In this document: positions 20,701-32,700 of the stretch, in pieces | Numbering within the stretch: position 1 is the stretch's first letter | Layout of the letters: each line of letters opens with the position of its first letter | Translations under genes and position numbers: made by a program | Notes under the pieces: generated by a model | The model's input: only the letters and a program-made list of their open reading frames with translations | Told to the model about the DNA's origin: nothing | The model's database searches: none | IMG/VR virus record: IMGVR_UViG_3300044639_001144 | Origin: a virus | Direction: 5' to 3' (one strand) | Length of the DNA: 64,000 bases

Positions 20701-23700
20701 ATCCAAGTTCTAATTTTACAGGTTGTAAACTATTAAGTTATACAGAAAATTCAAATAACCCAGTCGATTCTGTATTAGGAATCCCATTAGCTTTCTTTAG
20801 TATTAATAACATTGGTGATATTTTATTCACTAATAACTTATATACTGATACGTTTGTGTACACTCCATCAGAAACAGCTGGTGTTACTGTTGATGTTAGT
20901 AATGGATTTGTATATCGATATCTTGATAGAATTTCGTTCACTCCTGAGATTGGATGGCAAACCGCGGCAATTCCGTCATTGCCTAGACAACAATTTCAAT
21001 TTACCTATGATGGGCAACCACTACAGTTAGATGTGGTAGTTGAAACAACACTCAATGTTCCTCCAGTACAAATTTTTATTAATGATGTGTACCAATTGCC
21101 ATCAACTTATACCTTATCAGTCGATAGTGCAACTAATGTATCATCTATCACGTTGACTGGTAATGGTTATATTATTGGAGATATTGTCGAAGTATTAGCG
21201 TACAGTCAACAAGTTAGTAATGTGGCATTTTATGAAGTTCCTATAAACTTAGAAAATAATCCGTTTAATGGTAATAGTAAACAATTTAGTCTTGGCACGG
21301 TACGACAACATTATTCGACAATATGTGAAAATTTAGTTGATCTTAACGGTCCTATCAATGGACGTAATAATACTCGTGACTTAGGTAACATAGTTCCTTA
21401 CGGTCAATTAATTTTACAGCAATCTTCTCCATTGACTTTAGCTGGGTTTTTCCTACGAAATATTAATTATGATATATTTGCTTCATTAGATTACAATAGC
21501 AGAGAATATACCAAGTACAAAAACAAATTATTAACGGAAGTTACTCGTTTGGATCTTACTGGATCCGAGACAGTGGCACAAATTTTTGATTTAGCAGTAT
21601 CTAATATTACAAAAAGTTTGACAAGTTCTGATTCATTTTATTGGTCAGATATGTTCCCAACCGGTACTAATTATACATCAAATACGACTATAGTTAACCC
21701 AATTACAACTCAAACTTTTAACACAACACAAGTTTATGATTTTACATCAAGTAACTATCTTGGATTATTAGTTTATGTTAACAATGTATTATTAATACGC
21801 GGAACTGAGTATACAGTATCATCTGATGCTGCTAAATTAACTATATTGGTTTCATTAAACATTGGTGATATAGTTACTATTAATGAATATCCTACTACAG
21901 TAGCTAACTGGTGTCCGAATACTCCTAGCAAAATGGGATTGTATCCAAAGTATACTCCTTCTGTTTATGTAGACGATACTTACTCAGAGCCGACTGTAGT
22001 AATCCAAGGACATGATGGGTCAATTACTATTGCATTCGGGGATATTCGTGATCAAATATTGTTTGAATTTGAAAAACGCATATACGATAATATCAAAGTT
22101 GATGAGAATCCAATACCATTATCCACGGATCAAGTAAATCCATATTTTTATCCAGTGGAAACTACTGCATTATTACCAGGTTACTTCCGTAAAACACCTT
22201 ATACTTACGACGAAGTTAACCAAATAATGAATGAAGATTTTTTAACTTGGGTCGGACAAAATAAAGTAGACTATACAGCACAAGATTATGTTGCTAGTAA
22301 TCCATTTACATACAATTATAGTCAAGCTGCTAATCGAATTGATCAAACAAAATTCCTACAAGGAAATTGGCGCGGCATCTATCGTTATTTTTACGATACA
22401 GAAACTCCTAACACAACCCCATGGGAAATGGTTGGTTTTACTGAAGAGCCAGCATGGTGGATTATCAGATACGGCCCAGCACCATATACATCGGGTAATA
22501 CTGTGCTATGGGATGATTTAGAAGCTGGGATTGTGGGAGATCCAGCGGGCCCATACATCTTACCTGAGTATATTCGTCCTGGCTTAGCAAGTATTATACC
22601 AGCAGGCCCAGAAGGTGAATTATTAGCTCCAATAGATTGTATAGTTGGATTGAATAATCCCTATGGATTCCAGCAATCATGGGCAGCAGGCGATGGCGGA
22701 CCAGTTCAATCATCGTGGTGGAATAGTAGTTCTTACCCATATGCAATAATGCGTTTATTAGCTCTTACTAAGCCAGCTCAATTTTTCTCATTATTTGCTG
22801 ACAGAGATTTATATCGTTATAATACTACTATAGGACAGTACTTACTAAACAATCGCTATCGTTTAGATGCAGCCGGTGTACAAGTATACGGTGATGGTGT
22901 AAGTAAGGCAAGTTATATTAACTGGATTGTTGATTATAATCAGCAAACCGGAGTTAATAGTACATCAGCGTTAACAGAATCATTGGCAAATTTAGATGTG
23001 CGATTATGTTACCGCATGGCATCGTTTAGCGATCCTGCGTATGTACAGTTATTCACTGAACGTGGCGGTCCAAATTCCACTAATAATAGTTTAGAAATTC
23101 CGGCTTCAAGTTATGAATTGTTGTTTTATAAAAATCAACCGTTTAAACAAATCACATATAGTTCAGTAATTGTACAAGTAGAACAATTGGGAACTGGCGG
23201 TATTGGATATAGTGTTTTCGGGTATAGCAATGTACAACCTTATTTTAATATCTTAGTAAGCAGCCCAGTTGGAGCTTATCAAACTATTAGCGCCGGGAAT
23301 ACAACGGTTCAAATTCCGTCTCAATATACTAAAAATATTAGACAAATTCCTTATGGGTATGTATTCACTAGTGCATCCAGTGTATGTGACTTTTTATTAA
23401 GTTATGGGGCTTATTTAGAAAATCAAGGGTTAGTATTTGCTGATGTATATAATGGGTATACGTTAGATTGGAAACAGATGGCACAGGAATTCTTGTATTT
23501 TGGAGCCCAAGGATGGCAACCAAATACAATGATTAATTTAAACCCTAGTGCCACTACAATTTCAGCTAGTCAGCCGATATCTATTGTAGATACTATTGCC
23601 AGTGTAACTCCTGAAAACATGTTACTGGATCAAAATCGTTTTGCTTTAGATGTTAGCAAAATGATAGTTAATCGAAATGGCAATCGTTTTTCAGTTACAA

Positions 23701-26700
23701 CTACAACTGGGCAAACAATTAATTTTCTGACGTTGAAATTTACAAATTACGAAGATATGATTGTGTTGAACAATACAACACAGTTTAATGATTTAATTTA
23801 TGATCCAATTACTGCTGCTCGACAATATCGGTTAAGTTTAATTGCTTCTACTACTGCTGAATGGGACGGTCAACTTAACGCACAAGGGTTCATACTTAAT
23901 TTAAACAACGTAGAAGAATGGAAACCAAATACCAAGTATACCAAAGGTATGATTGTATTATATAAAAATACCTATTGGCAGTCATTGGTTATCAGTGACC
24001 CAGCAGAAAAATTTAATTTTAACAATTGGATCAAGAGCGATTATCAACTTATTGATAACGGATTATTACCTAATTTAGCTAACAAAGCAGATCAGTTAGT
24101 CAGTGCATATGATGTATATCAAGCAAATTTAACAAGCGACAATGATTTATTTGCATTTGGATTGATTGGATTCCGTCCTCGTCCTTACATGACTAATATG
24201 AACTTAAATGGGGTAACGCAAGTTCAGTTATATCAACAATTAATTGGAACAAAAGGCACATTACAAGCCGCTGAAATATTTAATTTAGCACAACTTAATA
24301 AGAAAGAAAGCGGGGATTACAATGTATACGAGAATTGGGGTATATTAGCAGGAACTTACGGGGCACAAGCTAACAGAAGTTCCTTTGAAATTCGGATGAA
24401 TCAAGCATTGCTATCCTATAATCCTTCTACTATACAAATCATAGCACCAGGACAAACAAGTAAAGCTAATCAGTCATTATATGTAGATGATTTATGGAAA
24501 GAAAGTTTCAATATTACCAGCAATGAAATTTTGCCTACAGTTTACGAAACTAGTAGTTTACCTACGGCTTTGCCATCTGCAGGCTATGTATGTTTAGACG
24601 ATGTCGATGTTACAGTATTCAGTCTTAAAGATCCAAGTTCAATTGATGCTGCTATTGGCGATATAGGCATTGGTACTTATATTTGGGCTGCTAAAATTAA
24701 TACCTATGATTGGGGTGTGTATCGAGTAGCCGGTGTACCTGGACAAATTTTACAAATATCCGATAATCTTAATAACACTAGTATAGTAAGATTCACTGCT
24801 TATCACGGATTGAACATATCTGATTTAATTATTATCAAGTATTTTGATGATACAGTAGACGGAGTATATCGTGTATTGGCAGTACCTACCCCAACTACAA
24901 TTATTATTGCGTATTCATTTCTTAATTATAATGTAACAACATTATCAGGAACAGGATTAGCATTTCATTTACAAAGTGCTCGGGTAAGTCAAGCCAGTGA
25001 TATTGCAACATTGCCTTATGTAAATGATTTAGCACGTGGAGCAATCGCTTGGGTTGATAATGATGGATCTGGACATTGGGTAACGGTACAAAAACAAGAT
25101 CCATTTATTACAGATTCAATCATTACTCCAGGACTTTCTGCAGTTTCACAATACGGATCAAGTATTGCACAAGCAGAATCTAACTTTGCAGCTTTAGTAG
25201 GTGCACCTGGAAGTAATAGAATATTAACTTATTTTAGAGGTGTACTGACTAATTATCAATACAATAATTCCTTAGAGTTAGGAGCAATAGACTCGAGTAA
25301 TTTTGGTAATATGATATCCTTTGGTAATTCTGAGTGGGCAGTAGCAGGGGCTAACACTAGCTTATCAAATATGGGGTATGCCGCAGTAATTTATAGAAAT
25401 CCTAACATAAATGATTTTTCTATTACACAATTATTAGTTCCGCCTGATCAAAATTTTGATCCAATAAGATTTGGAACATCAGGGGCAATTAGTCAAGATG
25501 AGAAATGGATGTACATTGGTGCACCTGGGAATAATGTAGTATATGCTTATGAGAAGGTAGAAGTAGTAGATCAGTCTATTACATATACAGCTTCTAGGGA
25601 TATATTAGCATATAACTATGCCACTACAATTCAAATTGATTATTTGAATCCAAATCAATTGTTGATCACTCTAGAAGGCAATACATTATCTAGCGGAATA
25701 GATTATACATTAGATCAAAATAATGTGATTTTGGCGTTCCCTCCAGGCAATGGGCAAACACTGATAATATCACGTAATGTTTCAGAGCAATTAGATGTTC
25801 AAACATATCATGTAATACAACCAGATTCAGCCTCAGGATCGGGATATGGTGCGGTGTTTACAGTTACTAATACTCGAGGGTTATATACTGCATCATTGGT
25901 AACAGGCGGGCAAAACTATGCTGTTAATGATATACTTGTTATTAATGGTACGCAATTAGGTGGAACAACACCGGCTAATGATTTATCAATAACTGTAGGT
26001 AGTGTTATAAATGGCGGCACAATGGTTGGATTTTCATTAGCTGGCACAGGTGTGTATTCAGCTGACGAATTTATTCTTAGTGACTATTTGTATAATGCCA
26101 CTTCCATTGAAAATTTCACAGTGACTGTAAATCAAGTAATGCAGCGTCCATATTTTGATTATACATTTGATGCAGAAACAACAACTTTAACATTTTTAAC
26201 AATCCCGGCGCAGGGTGCAGTTATTATTGCAGCAACTCCGACTTATTGGCAATATGTAGCAAATATTACTGCTACTGATTCATTAGCAGGTGATAACTTT
26301 GGAGCTACTGTATCTACTACCACTGACGGACGGCAAGTATTTGTAGGTGCGCCTAATGCCACAAGTAATGATATAACAGATTCTGGAATTGTTTATACAA
26401 TTGACAGAAGTGTAATTCGTTATATAGTATCAACACCAACACAAATGGTATATACTATTCCTGGTGATATTAACGCTCCATTGGTAGTAACGGTAAACAA
26501 TGTGGTATTATTAACTACTTCACAATCTGTCAACGGACAATATAGTCTAAGTGGTAATACTGTTACGTTTGCAAATATAACATTTAATTATGGCGATATT
26601 ATTGAATTTGGTACAAATCAGTTCACACAAACACAAGAGTTAATTAGTTCGACACAAAATCAATCAGCTCAATATGGATCGGCAATTGATGCATGTCCAT

Positions 26701-29700
26701 TAAGTTGTAGTTTATATGTTGGTGCACCATTTGATAGTACCTATTTAGACGAAGCTGGTTCAGTTGACCATCTAGTTAACCAATCACGTGTGTATGGTGT
26801 CATTACATCTACTATAGCTAATCCTATTTTACCACCATATGGTACAATACGTATTAATAATAGCATTGTAACCGTTCCTTTGAACCCAAATAATACAATA
26901 GCTGGATTTGCAGCAGCAATTAACGCTGCAGGAATTCCAAATGTTGTAGCTTTGCCTACTACTGATTTAACTTTTACTGGCGACGGAACTACAAAAACAT
27001 TTAATATAGGTTCTTTATATACTAATGCTAGTTCATATAATACTGTGGTATATATAAATGAAGTATTACAACTGCCTGGTGTAGATTATTCTTATGATCC
27101 TTCGACTGAAACTATTAATTTTGTGTATATTCCTTTGACAGGAGTATTAATAACGGTTGTTTCTGGCAGATTAACTATATCGGTACAAAACGCCAACGCT
27201 GGAGTTTTGAACGATTTAATTACAGTAACTCCGGGTGTAACATCTTCGATTTTTGATACACTGGGGTTCAATACCATGGTGGTTACTCAACAAATTTTAA
27301 GTCCAGCACCTGCGTTCAACGCCCAATTTGGTGCAAGTTTAAGTATTGATTCCAGTGCAGTTAATTTAATTGTTGGTGCACCAAACGGTAATGTATATGA
27401 ACCAACAACGTTTGATGCTGGGCAAACATATGTTGACGATCACAGTACTACATTTTATAATCCGATTAATAATGGAGGGGTGGCATATACGTATGATTTC
27501 TTCCCAAGCAGTACAAATAACATTAATAATCCAGGACAGTTTGCATTTGGACAACAAATTTATAATACTGTTATAGAACAAGGTGATTTTTTCGCTACGG
27601 CGGTTAATTATACCAATGGCAGATTAATGGTAGGTGCCCCGGGCGGCACTCCTAATAATACAACCAGTTTAGGCTATACTGTAGTATATAATAATCCTGA
27701 TAATACACCAACTTGGAAGCCAATACGTGTTCAACAACCAGTAGTTGATGTATATGCTATTAATAATGTATTCAGTTATAACGGCACTCAAGCTGTAGGA
27801 ATTAACGATACCGTGAATGGGGGATATCAAACTTATTTTGATTTCTTTGATCCATTACAAGGTAAAATTCTTGGAATAGCACGTAAGAATATAGATTATA
27901 TAGGAGCTGTTGATCCAGCACAATACAATCAGGGTACTGTACATAATAATGGGCAACGATGGGGTGCTGAACATCTTGGACAAGTTTGGTGGGATACTGA
28001 TACTATAAGATTTATTGATCCTAACCAGGATGACATAGTATATGCTAGTCGTCGTTGGGGAACAACTTTTCCTGGAAGCAGAGCAGATGTATATCAATGG
28101 GTTGAAAGTTCAACCCCGCCGTCTTCTTATTCCGGATCAGGTACACCTTTAAGTCCTACAAGTTATTCTATAGGATCAGTATTAGGTGCTAATAATGTTT
28201 TTAATACACTTTATTATTTCTGGGTTAGAGGAATTACTACTATTGCTTCTGGGTCAGGAAAAACGTTAAGTGTTGATGGCATTGCAAGTTATATTCTCGA
28301 TCCTCGTAGCAGCGGATTGCCATATATTGCCGGGCTTAATGCTTCTACTATTGCTATATATAATGCTCAAGGATTGTTAAATGGTAACAATACCATTTTA
28401 AGTATTGGGTTTGATCAGCAATTAAATGATGATGTAGTACACCAAGAATATCAGATTATTACAGATGGTGTTGCTAATTCATTCCTTAATACTAATTTAT
28501 ACAGAAAATTTTTAGACAGCTTATGCGGTATAGACACAGTAGGCAATACAGTTCCTGATCCAAGATTAAGTTTGGGAATGAAATACGGAGTTCAATTCCG
28601 TCCAAGACAGACGATGTTTGCTGATAGATTTACAGCATTGGAAAACTATTTAGGTCGTGCTAATACTGTATTATCAAAATATCCTATTACTGAAACGTGT
28701 AGTTTTAATTTATTAACTGCATCACAACCAACTCCATCTGCAGATTCTGGAGCTTGGGATTTTGTAGTGCCAAATTTAGAAATTTTAGGTTATCAAAATC
28801 TTGCGGGAATACCAGTAGGATACAAATATCTTGTATTAAGTGACAGCACTCACCAAGGCACTTGGACAATCTATGCAGTTGGTGCAAATCGAACATTAAC
28901 TTTAGTACAAGTACAAAGTTACGATACATCGTTATATTGGTATTATGTTAATTGGTATTTGCCCGGATATAATTCAAGTATTGCTCCGGTTGCTGCTGTA
29001 CAGAATTACGGGCAATTAGCTACATTAAGTTATGCGGCTGTTCCTATAGGTGCTTCGGTACGTGTTATTGCTAACGGATCTGGAAAATGGGAAATTTATT
29101 TACGTACAGGTACTAATCCTGCTACTGGATGGCAACGTGTTGGACTCGAAGATGGTACAATAGCTTTTAAAGAAGAATTATGGAATTATTCAGTTGGCAA
29201 TTATGGATTTGGCGCTCAAACCTTTGATTCGCAGCATTTTGATCAGGCTCCTCAAATTGAAACACGATTTGTTCTTCGAGCATTGAATGAAGAAATTTAT
29301 GTCGAAGAGTTAGCACTTGAAAGAAATAGCAGTTTAATATTAATGTTTAACTATGTGTATAGTGAATTTACTAATCCATCTTGGTTAATCAAGACAAGTT
29401 ATGTTGACGTTAATCATAACATTCGTGCATTGCAGCCATATCAGACTTATCTTGCTGATAATCAAGACTTTGTATTAGATTATTTCCAAGAAGTTAAGCC
29501 ATACCATGTGCAAGTGCGTCAGTTTAATTTAATTTATAATGGCGAAGATAATTTCCAAGGTGATATTACTGACTTTGATTTACCAGCATATTGGAATTCG
29601 GCATTACCAGCTCCGCAATTTGTAAGTCCAATATTAACTCCGTATACTCAAGCGATAACTACAAACAATTCGTTGGCAAGCAATACAGCACCAAATGATC

Positions 29701-32700
29701 AGTTATGGTTAACACCAAGTTTATATAGTCAATGGTTTAACAATTATGAATTAAATGTTCAAGGTGTAACACTTGTAAATTCTGGAGTAGGATACACAAC
29801 AGTACCTATAATAACTTTTGGTACAGTATGGCAAGCCAACACATCTTATTCACTTGGGCAACAAGTTTATTATGCCAATAACTTATATACTGTTACAGTT
29901 CCGGGTATTACTGGGTCAACTGCTCCGACATTTACTTTTGGTTCAGTATTAGATGGTAGTGCAACTCTTGCATATGCAGGGTACCCTGCAACTGGTACTT
30001 GTATTATTAATACCTACGGTAGTATTATTTCTATTACAGTGACAAATCCAGGCAAAGGTTATATTACTGATGCTACTGTGAACATTACGGGTGGCGGATT
30101 GCCGGGTATTACTATACCCTGGGCTGCTAATTTAGCTGTGGTTTCAAATAGTTATATTATTACTCCTACTAACAACATATTTGAAGTAACAGTTGCTGGA
30201 ATATTAGATGGAGTGGCGCCAGTTGGGCAAACAAATCAAGTAAATGGCACAGCGACTCTGGCATTCGTGGGTCAAATTGCCAAAGCTGGTGTAGTAATGG
30301 GCAATCCTTCTGGGCACTCATTGGCTCGTACATTTAATGCAACACTAAAATACGACAGATATGAGTATTCATCAAATATTGTTGAATGGACAGCTAATAC
30401 AACATATGCAGCTGGAACTCAAGTTCGGTTTGACAACATTGTTTGGAGTGCAGACAGTACAATAACTAATCCAGTGTTTGATCCAGAGCAATGGACTCAA
30501 GTTGAGGCTAGTACATTGAGCGGGGTTAATCGTACAATGGGTTACTATGTCAGCACAGTTAATACTCCAGGATTATCATTACCATTATTGATAGACGGAG
30601 TTGAATACCCAGGAGTGCAAGTATCCGGATTAAACTTTAACCAAGACACTGGGTTTGATCGTGGTAACTTTGACATTAATCCGTTTGATAATTACTCATT
30701 AGATGCTAATGGGTCACCAACATATGATTTAAATATACTTGATACTATTTTTGAAAGTAGCTATTTAGATCCATACTTAGGAACTCGCCCAAGTGATATT
30801 AATATTGATGGCGGCAAGTATGTTGATGTGTTTGAAAGCCATGCTCCTGAAGAATTAGTACCAGGCATAGAGTTTGACACGTTAGATATGCGTGTTTACA
30901 CAACTCCGGGTGCTGATTGGAGAGGGTTAGGACATGGGTTCAATCAAGGATTAGTGCAAGTCATCTATAATATCAACAGTCCGACTATAAGTTTTGCTAA
31001 TTTAGTAACTTATCCATTTAATTTAGAAATAACCAATGCGACTCAGAGATATAATTTAGTTGAAGGTACAGACTATACAATTGATTGGCCAAATTTAACA
31101 TTCACTATTATATCAAATTTTATAAGAGTGGTAGACGGCGATCAGCTTGGTGTTTATGTATATGATCTTGGTGGTGGTAATCAATTATTTAAAAATACAT
31201 ATCTCGGCAATGAATTTGGCGATGAGTTAACAGTTCCTGTTGATGATAATTTATTGTTGTCTAATGATAACGGGTTTGCTATATTTGTTAACGGCAGTTA
31301 TTTGTCTAATGTCAATTATACATATACTGCTGGCACAGCATTTGGTACAACTACTATTACATTCGATGATACTTACACTTCGACTGATTTTATTAGTTTA
31401 GCGGCCTTTGGTCCTACTACTGTTAACTCTGTAATTACAGATTATGAATGGAGTCTGCCAGTAACACAAAGTTTTACAGTATCAACATCGGGGCAAACGG
31501 TATTCAATTTAGATCCAGCAATTAGTTTAGAATATACTAATCCTGTCACAGCAATTGTTACAGTAGGTGGAGTTACTGCAAGAGGGTCAGCAGGAATTCC
31601 TTACATTGGTGACGGTAGCACCTATACATACATATTGCCACAACGCATTTCAGCTAACCCAATTACTATTGTAAAAGCTAACGTAAGTGTTTATATTGAT
31701 GGTATATTACAAAATCCAACAACATACGAGTTAGAAGTATCTGACGGATTTAGCTCAGATAGTTCTGTTGATTATTTCTCAGCAGGTCCGTTTGATCTTG
31801 ATGCTGGAATATTGTATGTATTATTAGATACTGCACCAGACGACGGAGCTCAAATTTATATTGCGGTTGATTCTACAGCACAGTATTTGATTGATGCAGA
31901 TGCCATGACGTTAACATTTATTGAAAATACAGGTATAAATCCATTTGTGGGTCAAGTAATTTCAGTAACTACGTTTAATGATACCCGTGAACAAAGATTA
32001 TCAACACAGATATTTGTTGGCCCTATAACAGAAGGTGCTGTTGTTACCGAAGGATTTGATACAACTGGATTTGGCAATATATTTGATGGTACTATTGGCA
32101 CAGTAGTACAAAATAATAATTTTGTATTATATCAAACATATGCAGATATTTCTCGCCCATGGGTTTCATTGAATGGAAGAACATTAACAGCATATTTAGA
32201 TTATACTATCGAAGGTAATTTGTTAATATTAAATTCTGGTACAATAAGAGTTACAGATACATTAATAGTAACCAATGTGACTAATTCAGTGGTTCCTGCT
32301 GCAATGGCATTTAGAATATTCCAAGATATGCGAGGAGTGCAAGCAACTTATCGTATTACTCCTAATACTACAACTACTGTAGCACAGCAAGTAGCGCAAG
32401 ATGATGATACTATATATGTAGTTGATGCTAGTGCATTAAGTATTCCTAATTTTGCTGCTAATATATGGGGTGTGGCAACTATTAATGGCGAGCGTATTAT
32501 GTATCGAGAGATTGATTTTACAACAAACACTATTAGTAGTTTACTTCGTGGAACCGCAGGTACCGCAGCAGCAGCACACAATGTAGGTGAGTATGTTTAT
32601 GATATGGGACGTGGTAATTTATTATCTCCTGAATTCCAAGATTATGTTGAAAGCAGTTCGTTTATTTGTAATGGTACAACAAATACATTTACTACTACCA